NCBI GenBank assembly: GCA_964493715.1
Contig: CAZBPC010000052.1
Span: forward strand, 3,934 to 23,223
Origin: an uncultured archaeon
Lineage (GTDB): Archaea; Asgardarchaeota; Lokiarchaeia; Sigyniarchaeales; SOKP01
DNA length: 19,290 nt
Reading direction: 5' to 3'
The position numbers were made by a program, and so were the translations under genes. Below, one piece after another: positions 1 to 8,910 of this stretch. A model generated the notes under the pieces. The model searched no databases and was not told where the DNA came from. It saw nothing but the letters and a program-made list of their open reading frames with translations. Positions within the stretch are counted from its first letter, which is position 1. Every line of letters starts with the position of its first letter.

Positions 1-160
1 GAATCTCTAAATCATCAAGATTCCATAACATGCGCATAGATACTACTGCTATAACCCCTATAATTAATGCAATCGGGAAATAATCTATCTTGCTTTGAGA
101 AAAAAAAGCCATTAAAATCCCAAATAAAACCAAGATCAATATTATTGCTGTAGGGTTCAT
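1..160 (-). CDS. Membrane protein, N-terminal fragment running off the window (possibly an ArsB/NhaD/SLC13-type permease)
   Basis: Hand translation from ATG at 160: MNPTAIILILVLFGILMAFFSQSKIDYFPIALIIGVIAVVSMRMLWNLDDLEI, open to the edge, with two hydrophobic TM-like segments. Not in the ORF track. The family is a guess. Confidence 0.6.
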   Translation of the reverse strand, partial: MNPTAIILILVLFGILMAFFSQSKIDYFPIALIIGVIAVVSMRMLWNLDDLEI

Positions 161-205
161 TCAATTGGAAAAATAGTCTTTGTCTTAAAAAAATTACCTT
201 ACATC

Positions 206-240
206 TAAAAAAAGAGATAACATAAAATATTTCTTTTTTA
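206..240 (-). terminator. Possible T-rich terminator / imperfect hairpin after the DUF1801 gene
   Basis: AAAAAAGAGATA-N8-TATTTCTTTTTT imperfect inverted repeat directly after the stop at 242. On the minus strand it reads out into a T-tract. Confidence 0.3.
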
Positions 241-241
241 A

Positions 242-667
242 TTAATATCTAATTTCTCCTTTTCTGACGAATTCGATAGATTTACTCACAATTTCTCTCA
301 AAATTCTGAAATTTATGTCTTTCAATTTGTTAATATACAAACAAGATTTACCTGTTTTGTATTTTCCAAGCTTTTTTAGCAAATCTTCATGTTTATCGAA
401 ACCAGACATGATATATAAGGTTACATTTTGTTTTCGAGTGGCGAATCCAGTAATAAACCAATCTCCTTCTCGACCACTTTCATATTTATAATGATAACTA
501 CCGAATCCTATAATACTATCACCCCACATTTTTGGTTCTTCGTTAGATACTTCTCGCATTAACTCTAATATCTTAAAGGAATCTTCTCTTTTAGTTGGAT
601 TTTCAATTTTTTGGAGATATTCTTCTACATTCTTATCATTTGGTTTTGTTTTTAAATCACTCATCAA
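242..667 (-). CDS. DUF1801 (YdhG-like) domain protein
   Basis: Motifs PKMWGDSIIGFGSYHYKYESGREGDW and LGKYKTGKSCLYINKLKDI are typical of DUF1801 proteins; 141 aa. Confidence 0.85.
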   Translation of the reverse strand: MMSDLKTKPNDKNVEEYLQKIENPTKREDSFKILELMREVSNEEPKMWGDSIIGFGSYHYKYESGREGDWFITGFATRKQNVTLYIMSGFDKHEDLLKKLGKYKTGKSCLYINKLKDINFRILREIVSKSIEFVRKGEIRY

Positions 668-764
668 GAAGAATGAGGAATTGAATTATTAAAATATTTT
701 TTTAATAAACTATAACTTAAATTTATGAGAAATAGAAAATACATAATAATTTAATATTCCATGG

Positions 765-1601
765 CTAAAATTTAAACCCTGCATTTCTCATTTGTTCAAA
801 TATAAGCTCACTCTGCTTGACCATTGCTTCTGTGGGATATCTTAATTTGAAAAGAAATTGAGCATGATTTTGTATCTCGAGGCTTTTTATCCTCTTTTTT
901 ACTAATTTTAACCAATTTCCGGATTCTTGGCTATTTGCTTCAAGAACTTCAATATAGGCTTTCTTAAGATATGCATCAACGTCTTCATCAAAATCCCCAT
1001 ATTTAGTATCATACGCTTTCAAGATATCATTGTCATTTAAAATTCTATATCTTTCATTATGTACGATTACCCTTGTTTCTAATTTGGGCATTTTTTTGGG
1101 TTTAGACTTTGGATATCCGATTGAAAGGAGCATTAAGGGAAGAACATATTTCGGGATTGCAAAGTGCTCTCTTATTTGATCCATCGCTCCTTGAATTGAT
1201 CCAACATACACTGAACCGAGTTGAAAGCTTTCAGCAGTCAGGACCACGTTTTGAGCAGCACACATTATATCTGCATAACCAATTAAAAAATGGCCAAGAG
1301 AATGTTCGCCTTGAAATTCAGTATTAGATAACCTGGTCCATTTCTTTAGTCTATGGAAATCAAGACAAAATATCAAGGATAAGGGTGCATTTTTAATCCA
1401 AGGTTGAGGACCGATTATTTTTGCGAGCTTTTCTCTCGTTTCTTTTCTTTTTACCGTAATGATTGAAATAGGTTGAATATTTCCTCCTGAAGGAGCATTA
1501 TTAGCAACAGTGAGGAGTTTTTCAATTAATTCTTCAGGGATTTCTTTATCTAAAAATACTCTAACAGAACGACGATTAATCATTAAATCATATAAGGTCA
1601 T
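765..1601 (-). CDS. Nitroreductase family flavoprotein (NfsA/Frp-like)
   Basis: RRSVRVF FMN-binding motif, APSGGNIQP, AQNVVLTAESFQLGSVYVG and IGYP, plus an NfsA-like C-terminal extension. Confidence 0.9.
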   Translation of the reverse strand: MTLYDLMINRRSVRVFLDKEIPEELIEKLLTVANNAPSGGNIQPISIITVKRKETREKLAKIIGPQPWIKNAPLSLIFCLDFHRLKKWTRLSNTEFQGEHSLGHFLIGYADIMCAAQNVVLTAESFQLGSVYVGSIQGAMDQIREHFAIPKYVLPLMLLSIGYPKSKPKKMPKLETRVIVHNERYRILNDNDILKAYDTKYGDFDEDVDAYLKKAYIEVLEANSQESGNWLKLVKKRIKSLEIQNHAQFLFKLRYPTEAMVKQSELIFEQMRNAGFKF

Positions 1602-1683
1602 AAATATGACATTATATCTAGACTTTTATAGGTTATTTATTTGAGATTGTTTGAAAAAAAGGGTCTTAATGAGAAGCGAAACC

Positions 1684-3087
1684 CTATTTTATTCGAACCC
1701 CTTGCTTTCTAAGGGTATCTTGTACTTTTGAAATATCAACTAATCTACAAGTTATATCATCTTTAATAGAAACTGCAGCAGCTACTCCCGCACCTTGACC
1801 CGTGATTGCACAACATACCATTTGCCGTGTAGCAGCGTGTGATATCTTATCTCCTGCAACAGCACGACCCACAACTAACAAATTTTCTACCTTTTGAGGA
1901 ACGACGATTCCATAAGGTACATGGAAATATCTTCCTGTTGTAGGCATGATGCAAACACCATATCCGTCTATAAATTCTGGACAGATACCAATCGTATTCT
2001 CAAACCGTGCTTCATTTCGAACATCTTCTTCTGTAATATTATATTCGCCAATAATTTTCCTTGATTCTCTGGTACCCAAAGAAGCTCCTATAGTCCTGAG
2101 ACGTGCTTTCTTAAATCCGGGAGTATACTTTTTCAGAGCGTTTATAGCCATCATAACTCGTTTTCTACCTTCAATTTCTGCCTTAGTGAGATCCCATACA
2201 TCTGTAGGATCAATATCTTTCATGTGGATTCCATTAAAAGAATTAATTTCTCCCGCATCCGTATAACTATTCCAAAAACTCTCAATATTTACATCCTTTG
2301 GAATTTCTCCGGCTTCTTGAGCTTTTTTAAATGGTTCTGTTAAATAGGTAGTAAAGAAATCTTCTTCCTTACCGGAAGTTTCACCCCAATCCCCAAATTT
2401 ACTGCGATTTAAATAGACATACATAAGAAACTTGCCGATATTAATACCACTGCATCCAAAGTTTACGGTAACTTCCATTAATTCATTTTTAGGGCTTTTT
2501 CTAAATGGAGCGCCAGCAAAATTCGCAACGTCTGCGTCTCCCGTTGCATCAATTATACGCTTAGCTAAAATCGCTTGTCTTCCCGATTTACTCTCTATGA
2601 TAACTCCCTTAATTATATTTTCATTCATAATAACTTGGACGACAGTACAATGAAGTAGAGGTTTAATGCCTGCTTCTTGGATCATTTCGTCAGCTACATG
2701 CTTGAACATTTCGGTATCTAAAACTTCATAGGTAGATTTTCCATCAACCATTAATCCTTCTCGTTCAAGAACTTCGATCAATTCCTTATTTTTTATTGCA
2801 CCAAAAAGGTCTATACTAGCGTTCATTACTTTCGACCGTCTTTCAAATTCTTGCCCAATTCCACCTGCTTCGACGGTTCTTGCATATCGGTACCAAGCGA
2901 CAGTTCCAATCATTGCTTGAGTTATTACACCTCCAAAGCAACCATATCGTTCGATGATCATTACATCAACACCTGATCTAGCCGCACCCAAAGCTGCAGA
3001 AAGCCCAGCAGGACCTCCCCCTACAACTAAAACTTCAGTTTCAGCTATGATAGGTATTTTTTTTGAAGGTTCGCTTATCATTTCCAT
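1684..3087 (-). CDS. FAD-dependent oxidoreductase (FAD_oxidored / PF12831-like)
   Basis: Rossmann VLVVGGGPAGLSAALGAAR, plus IDATGDADVA, GTRESRKIIGEY, NLLVVGRAV and GQGAGVAAA. Confidence 0.9.
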   Translation of the reverse strand: MEMISEPSKKIPIIAETEVLVVGGGPAGLSAALGAARSGVDVMIIERYGCFGGVITQAMIGTVAWYRYARTVEAGGIGQEFERRSKVMNASIDLFGAIKNKELIEVLEREGLMVDGKSTYEVLDTEMFKHVADEMIQEAGIKPLLHCTVVQVIMNENIIKGVIIESKSGRQAILAKRIIDATGDADVANFAGAPFRKSPKNELMEVTVNFGCSGINIGKFLMYVYLNRSKFGDWGETSGKEEDFFTTYLTEPFKKAQEAGEIPKDVNIESFWNSYTDAGEINSFNGIHMKDIDPTDVWDLTKAEIEGRKRVMMAINALKKYTPGFKKARLRTIGASLGTRESRKIIGEYNITEEDVRNEARFENTIGICPEFIDGYGVCIMPTTGRYFHVPYGIVVPQKVENLLVVGRAVAGDKISHAATRQMVCCAITGQGAGVAAAVSIKDDITCRLVDISKVQDTLRKQGVRIK

Positions 3088-3281
3088 TTTTCATACTTCC
3101 GAATTAGTTTTTAATTTGATTATGGGAATATTGAATACTACTTTAAAATGTTTAATATTAGTAATTCAAGAGAATCTAATATTTTACTTTCAAACTTTTT
3201 TAAACGTGCGAAATATAAATCTCTATATACCTTAGTTAATGAGAATTAATAAGGAGATAATGCAATAATTAAGATTTGAAT

Positions 3282-3785
3282 CTAAAATTCATTCCTACAT
3301 TTCACACAAACGCGTTTTTTGGCATACACTCGAGGAAAAAAGCTCAGCACATGCGTTTTGTCCTCAACTTCTCTGATTGAAAATCCCTGTGCTCCACATT
3401 TAGGGCATTGTCTTTTTCTAATTTCCGAATCGAAATTCACAGTATTTTCTATTGCAACAGAAGGAATCATATTAATTGGTTCTGGTGGAATTCCAACGTC
3501 GGGGGGTGGATGAAGATTTGGGGCTGGGATAGTAGTTTGTGGAGTAATGTCATATTTTAATTCTTGGGGTGGTTCAGTTGGTATAGAAATTGGTTGTTCA
3601 ATTACAATCCCTTGAGATTTCAAGGAATTTTTCTCTTGGATTAAACTATTTATTAGAGAATCTTTTTCAGCAACGAGATTTTGATAATATTGCAATTGAG
3701 ATTCTAATTCTTCTATATGATCACTTAAAAAATTTATCCGATCCTCCCAATCAGTTAAAATATCTTCCATATTACTCTGCAACAC
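3282..3785 (-). CDS. Coiled-coil, Pro-rich linker and C-terminal C4 Zn-ribbon protein
   Basis: N-terminal heptad-like stretch (LSDHIEELESQLQYYQNLVAEKDSLINSL), PAPNLHPPPDVGIPPEP linker, CPKC...CVKC. GTG start at 3785; alternative ATG at 3770. Confidence 0.75.
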   Translation of the reverse strand: MLQSNMEDILTDWEDRINFLSDHIEELESQLQYYQNLVAEKDSLINSLIQEKNSLKSQGIVIEQPISIPTEPPQELKYDITPQTTIPAPNLHPPPDVGIPPEPINMIPSVAIENTVNFDSEIRKRQCPKCGAQGFSIREVEDKTHVLSFFPRVYAKKRVCVKCRNEF

Positions 3786-3847
3786 TTTTTTAACACAACC
3801 CTAATTACAAATTGGTATTCATTGTATAATACTTTATACCGACATAA

Positions 3848-3886
3848 ATATAAGTCTTATTAAAAAACGATATAAGTTTTATTAAA
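3848..3886. promoter_or_regulatory. Direct-repeat candidate operator in a divergent intergenic region
   Basis: ATATAAGTCTTATTAAA (3848-3864) and ATATAAGTTTTATTAAA (3870-3886), 16/17 identical, 22-nt period. Confidence 0.4.
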
Positions 3887-3968
3887 TAAAGATAATAAAA
3901 GATAATTACGAACTTATTAAGTTATTGAATAATAGGGAATCTAAGCTATTTCTAATGGTTAGATATAA

Positions 3969-4889
3969 ATGAAGCAAAATATTATTGAGCGCTTTTATAG
4001 AGAAATTGAAAAAAAGGGATATAAAGCACGATTCGTAGATGCAAAACATATTCCCGATTTGAAACTTGATATCCAACAACAAAAAGATTACATGTTTCCG
4101 AAATTTTACGAGGAATATAAATCTTATTTTGAATTTCATCCAGAAGTCGATTTTGGAATCATCAGATCGCTTATTGTAATCTCGGTTCCCGTACCTCAAT
4201 ATGAAATAACTTTTCAGTATAACTCTAAACTACTGTCATTAAAAATACCGCCAACATATCTTTATGGTCAGAAAATAATAGATGAATTGGAAGAAATATC
4301 AAAAAACATATTAAACCCCAAAGGATATAATGTAAATTATGCTCTTCTTCCAGTAAAAACATTAGCTGTGAGAAGTGGGTTAGCAAAATACGGTAGAAAT
4401 AATATAACTTATGTTTCGGAAACAGGAAGTTTCCATCGTTTGGTTCCATTTTATTCTGACGTTCCAATAGAAGAAGATATTTGGAATGAGCGAAAAATGA
4501 TGGATACTTGTGAAAATTGCAAAGCTTGTGTGAATTCTTGTCCCACTGGAGCTATTCCAACTGATCGATTCCTCTTAAGGGTCGATAAATGTTTAACGTA
4601 CCATAATGAACAACCTGGAAACATTAAGTTTCCTGATTGGATCAATCCTCACTGGCATAATTGTCTTGTTGGCTGTCTTCATTGCCAGAAAGTATGTCCT
4701 CTTAATAAAAAGGTTAAAGATTGGACTGAACAAGGTCCTTCCTTTAATGAAAAGGAAACGAGTATCCTTCTCCAAGAAAAAAATCTCGATAATTTACCCG
4801 GAGAATTGAAAGATAAGCTCAAAAAGTACGATTTAACGAATTATTTCGAATTGCTCCCGAGGAATTTGAGTATATTTTTGAACGACTAA
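3969..4889 (+). CDS. queG: Epoxyqueuosine reductase (QueG)-like cobalamin / 2x[4Fe-4S] protein
   Basis: KTLAVRSGLAKYGRNN, CENCKACVNSCPTGAI, KCLTY and GCLHCQKVCP match the QueG/reductive dehalogenase superfamily Cys pattern. The symbol is family-level only; the substrate is uncertain. Confidence 0.75.
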   Translation: MKQNIIERFYREIEKKGYKARFVDAKHIPDLKLDIQQQKDYMFPKFYEEYKSYFEFHPEVDFGIIRSLIVISVPVPQYEITFQYNSKLLSLKIPPTYLYGQKIIDELEEISKNILNPKGYNVNYALLPVKTLAVRSGLAKYGRNNITYVSETGSFHRLVPFYSDVPIEEDIWNERKMMDTCENCKACVNSCPTGAIPTDRFLLRVDKCLTYHNEQPGNIKFPDWINPHWHNCLVGCLHCQKVCPLNKKVKDWTEQGPSFNEKETSILLQEKNLDNLPGELKDKLKKYDLTNYFELLPRNLSIFLND

Positions 4890-4984
4890 TATCATAATCT
4901 AGAATTATTATTCAATTGCACTTTTTTTTCATTTTAAAAGCTAAAATCTCAAATGATTAATAATGTTTCAACATTATTCTACAT

Positions 4985-6139
4985 ATGAATAGTTTTGAGC
5001 GAATATGGACGGCACTTAACCTTGAGGAAGCAGATCGAATTCCCATGCACACAATTAATATTGATGGAAATGTGGCGGATCAAATATTGGGCAAACCTGA
5101 AAGAACTGCATATGACGTTTTTGATGAATTACAAGAAAAATATCCTGATGAATGGGTTGATAAAATAAATGAAATACTCGATGATATTGAAATTTCAGTC
5201 TTCGCAAAATGCCTAAGAGCTGGACATGCATTAGGATTCGATGGTGTAGGAATTCAATATATCCCATTTATTTTTGAAAGTTTGGAAGAAATGACGGATA
5301 TTTTTGGTAAAAGACATAAAGTCAGAAATATTGATGGAAATCCTTATCCTGATTATTATGGAGGATATATTAAGAATCGAAAAGACTGGGAAACGTATCC
5401 TAAACCTGATCTGAAAGATGAATATCGAAAAGCCAAGAAGTTTTATAAGGGTGTATTAAGAAAATGTCGCGACATAAAGGACGATATTTGCATTTTTGCA
5501 CAAAATGCCTTGACTTCGATCTTCCCACCCGTATGGCAGGGAATGGGAATGCCCTATTTTGCTCGAGCGTTAAAAAATGACCCTAAATTAATTGAAGAAA
5601 GATTTAGATTTACAACAGATTACGTTTTGACCGTTTTTAAAGCATATTCGGATTGTGGAGCTAAGATTTTTCTTGAAGGTGGAGATATTGCTCATAAGGG
5701 GGGTCCTATGATAAACCCAAAGTATTTCGATAAATATCTATTACCACGTTATCAAGAGGTTTCTGATGCAATTCACGGCTGGGGTGGAAAATATATCCTA
5801 CATACTGATGGAGATGTCACCGATCTCTTGGATTTTATAGTCGATTCTCGTTTTGATGGATTGCAATGCTTGGAACTTCCATGGGTGGATCCACACATGA
5901 TAAAAAAGAAAGTTGGAGATAAGTTATGCTTATCAGGGAATATAGATACAAGATATACACTAGTGAAAGCAAATAAGGATGAAGTTGAGAAAGCTGTGAA
6001 AGATGCTATTTCAGCGTTAGGAAAAGGGGGAGGATTCATGTTAAGTCCCTCCAATTTTCATCCAAGCATGTCAGTTGAGAGATTAAAATGGATGATTGAA
6101 GCAGGAATAAAATTTGGTTCATATCCCTTAAAAATATAA
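4985..6139 (+). CDS. Uroporphyrinogen decarboxylase / MtaA-CmuA corrinoid methyltransferase superfamily protein
   Basis: N-terminal ERIWTALNLEEADRIP, GDIAHKGGPMINP, LHTDG, LCLSGNID and GGGFMLSPSN are typical of the URO-D/CIMS TIM barrel. Confidence 0.85.
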   Translation: MNSFERIWTALNLEEADRIPMHTINIDGNVADQILGKPERTAYDVFDELQEKYPDEWVDKINEILDDIEISVFAKCLRAGHALGFDGVGIQYIPFIFESLEEMTDIFGKRHKVRNIDGNPYPDYYGGYIKNRKDWETYPKPDLKDEYRKAKKFYKGVLRKCRDIKDDICIFAQNALTSIFPPVWQGMGMPYFARALKNDPKLIEERFRFTTDYVLTVFKAYSDCGAKIFLEGGDIAHKGGPMINPKYFDKYLLPRYQEVSDAIHGWGGKYILHTDGDVTDLLDFIVDSRFDGLQCLELPWVDPHMIKKKVGDKLCLSGNIDTRYTLVKANKDEVEKAVKDAISALGKGGGFMLSPSNFHPSMSVERLKWMIEAGIKFGSYPLKI

Positions 6140-6375
6140 TCTCATAAGATGTATCAGTACGAAGAAAGAAGTTCAAAGAAAAAGAATATTTCAAGACTTT
6201 ATTCAAATGGGTCTATATTTATAGTATATGGTGGTTTGGTTTGTCCAAATTGAACCTAAATCGCCGTTTTCAAAATTATAGTATATATTCAAAAAAACCA
6301 TAACTTCAGAGAATTTTGAAAAACTTTTTCTCATTTACTCTATAGCTAAATTATATATAAATCAATCTGATTACG

Positions 6376-6852
6376 ATGAAGGATCTAAAAGACGAAGTCA
6401 AAAAGATTTTAAAATCAAAAATGTGGATGGTAATTTCCACCGTAGATGAAAAGAATCACCCTCACTCTTCGGTTGTGGTATACCAAAGTGATGGTGACAT
6501 TCTCATTTGCCAAACCGGAATTGATACTATAAAAGCAAAATCAATCAGAAAAAACAGCAATATATCAGTTACGATTCCTTTTAGAAAGAATCTTTTGCAT
6601 AAACTCATTCCAGCTCCTCCTGCAGAGCTCCATTTCGCTGCAACTGCTGAAATACTCCCTTATGATAATGAAGAAGCAAAAAAAATTTTTGCAAGGTTTT
6701 TGAAACATTCAGATAGTGTAGAAAAACCCCAAGAATCCATTTGGATAAGAATTAAACCATCCAATATAATCTCTACTTATGGTGTTGGAATTAAGCTGTT
6801 AGATATGAGAAAACCGGACAAAGCAAGAAATCTTGTCAACTTAAATGAGTAA
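6376..6852 (+). CDS. Pyridoxamine 5'-phosphate oxidase-like (FMN/F420 split-barrel) protein
   Basis: MVISTVDEKNHPHSSVV, KAKSIRKNSNISVTI and WIRIKP fit the split beta-barrel pattern; 158 aa. Confidence 0.8.
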   Translation: MKDLKDEVKKILKSKMWMVISTVDEKNHPHSSVVVYQSDGDILICQTGIDTIKAKSIRKNSNISVTIPFRKNLLHKLIPAPPAELHFAATAEILPYDNEEAKKIFARFLKHSDSVEKPQESIWIRIKPSNIISTYGVGIKLLDMRKPDKARNLVNLNE

Positions 6853-7012
6853 TTAAATGCAATAAATCTTTATTTTAATTAATTATATTTAGTTTATGTT
6901 GTTAAAGGAAGATATAATTCAATTTAAGACACATATGAAATTTAAACACATCTTTAAATTACAGTCCTATATTTATTATTTATAAATTGATTATTTAAAC
7001 CACATTCCAAGA

Positions 7013-8215
7013 TTGAAAATGACTAAAGATTTAAAGAATCTAATTGAGAAGGTTGAAGAAGAACAGGCATCTAGGGCACATTTAGAGAAAACCATTGATA
7101 GCTTGAAAGCAGAAGTTGCTTCTTTAAAAAATAAATTAGATAGTCAAAAATCTCCTTTTAAGGTCGAACCAATTAGACGGGTTGAGGAATATGAAGAATC
7201 TGAAGAGATTCCTATTTTAAAAAATTTGATTACTTCCTTAAGACAAGAGCTAGAACAAAAAAGTAGAGAAAATAAGTCACTGCAAGAGCAACTGCAAGAA
7301 CTTAAAAATGAGTTTGTAAAAGTGAGGAATGAACTGTTTGACTCCGCTAAAGACGAAATTATTGTAAAAACGCAAAATTCATTAAATACTCTCATTCAAG
7401 ATTATGGAAAGTTAGAATCTGATAATATAAATCTAAAGAAAAAAATCTCCATTTTACAGGAAGAAATCGAGCAACACACTCAACTGACTTCTAACCTTCA
7501 ATCAGAAAGCTTTAATAAGGAGCAATTAGAAAAACAAGTTGGAAACTTTAAAGCTAAAATTTATGAATTAGAATCTAATAATCAATCGCTCATTAGAGAG
7601 CTTAAAAATCTGCAAGCTCAAGGTGAATCAAGTAATCTTGAACAAATGGTAGATCAGATTAAAGCAAATAATCTTGAATTAGAGAACGAAAATAAGAATT
7701 TGGCTCAAAAATTAGAAAGTTTAAAAAAAGAAAAGTTAAAAGTACAAAAATACGAATCTGAAATCTCCAATTTAAAAGCTCAAATCGAACATTTGAAAGA
7801 AGCTAATAAAGAAATTAAAGATAAAGATTCTATATTATTAGCTAAAACCATAACTGCAATTAGCTCTCAAGGTCGAAAAGATTTAATCAAACCTTCTTAT
7901 GAACAACCTTCCTCTCACATTGAAGAAAAACCCATTCCTATATTGAAGAAAGACGAATTCATGGAACACGAACCCCCAAAAGAGTATAAAATTAAAGAAC
8001 TACCACAGGCACAAATTATTGATGAAATAAAGGAAGTTGAAAAAATCCCCGAAAATACTGAAAATGGGTCCATTACTAGAAAATGGCAATGTCCGCAATG
8101 CGGAAATAACAATAAGGTTCAGATTCGAGAACAAGACGATAAGACCAGAATGATCTATCCAGGGTTTTACGCGAAAAAATACATCTGTGGTCAATGTGGT
8201 AAAGAATGGAGATAA
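7013..8215 (+). CDS. Long coiled-coil protein with C-terminal C4 Zn-ribbon
   Basis: About 270 aa of E/K/L/Q-rich heptads, a Pro/Glu-rich linker, then WQCPQCG...YICGQCG. The likely start is ATG 7019 rather than TTG 7013. No Walker A motif, so not an SMC ATPase. Confidence 0.8.
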   Translation: MKMTKDLKNLIEKVEEEQASRAHLEKTIDSLKAEVASLKNKLDSQKSPFKVEPIRRVEEYEESEEIPILKNLITSLRQELEQKSRENKSLQEQLQELKNEFVKVRNELFDSAKDEIIVKTQNSLNTLIQDYGKLESDNINLKKKISILQEEIEQHTQLTSNLQSESFNKEQLEKQVGNFKAKIYELESNNQSLIRELKNLQAQGESSNLEQMVDQIKANNLELENENKNLAQKLESLKKEKLKVQKYESEISNLKAQIEHLKEANKEIKDKDSILLAKTITAISSQGRKDLIKPSYEQPSSHIEEKPIPILKKDEFMEHEPPKEYKIKELPQAQIIDEIKEVEKIPENTENGSITRKWQCPQCGNNNKVQIREQDDKTRMIYPGFYAKKYICGQCGKEWR

Positions 8216-8243
8216 CTAAATAGTTTTTTCCTGCATTAAAATA

Positions 8244-8717
8244 ATGTCATATTCAATTCCTTATAATCTTACACCAAATAATCCCATTTCCAAATTTGCC
8301 GAAGTACTAACTAGTTCTATTCATGGTTTAGGACTATTTGCTAAGATTTTTATTCCTAAAGGTACAATTTGGTGGCATGCAAGACCTCAAGATGTATTAA
8401 TAATAAGTAAAGAGCAATTTCAGATAATTAGTACATCTTATAAAAATGAAATTTTGGAGAATTCTTTCAAAGCTCTCTTGACTTATTCATATTATGAGAG
8501 AGATTTAGGTACTTTAATTTTCTGTTTGGATGATTCTAAGTTCGTTAATCATTCTTTTGATGCTAATTCAGGAGCTTCCGAAGATGAAAACGGATTTTGT
8601 TCAGTTGCTCTAAGAGATATACAACCTGGAGAGGAAATCACGGAAGATTATTCTAAATACACGTTTTGCGAATGGTTACAAGAGTATAGAGATTATTTTG
8701 ATCCTTGTTGTTGGTAA
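8244..8717 (+). CDS. SET-domain protein-lysine methyltransferase
   Basis: SET motifs HGLGLFAKIFIPKGT, FVNHS and ALRDIQPGEEITEDY; Cys-containing C-terminal tail. Confidence 0.9.
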   Translation: MSYSIPYNLTPNNPISKFAEVLTSSIHGLGLFAKIFIPKGTIWWHARPQDVLIISKEQFQIISTSYKNEILENSFKALLTYSYYERDLGTLIFCLDDSKFVNHSFDANSGASEDENGFCSVALRDIQPGEEITEDYSKYTFCEWLQEYRDYFDPCCW

Positions 8718-8910
8718 TAAGGATGAAAAGTAATACAATATTTATCTCAATAATCCTATTTGAAATCAATCGTATGATTCGGTAGTAAGTCCAAGATCTA
8801 ATTAAATTCGTTACAAGAATTAGTTAATTTTAAAATATAGGATTAAAAATGGCATTTATTTAATATAAACACGGAATTTTATTTTTCAATAATCTTTTTG
8901 CATAGAATTT

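Noticed and set aside
1109-3235. Plus-strand ORFs 1109-1327, 1946-2266, 2432-2653 and 2954-3235
   Set aside because: Antisense shadows of the well-supported nitroreductase and FAD oxidoreductase genes, with no motifs.
3319-6054. Short ORFs 3319-3513, 3590-3793, 3906-4199, 4225-4467, 4451-4645, 4593-4775, 4606-4809, 5055-5267 and 5773-6054
   Set aside because: They overlap longer motif-bearing genes antisense or out of frame and have no recognisable domains.
7013-8215. SMC/Rad50 assignment for the long coiled-coil protein
   Set aside because: No Walker A/B, ABC signature or hinge, and it is too short. The similarity would be generic coiled-coil composition.
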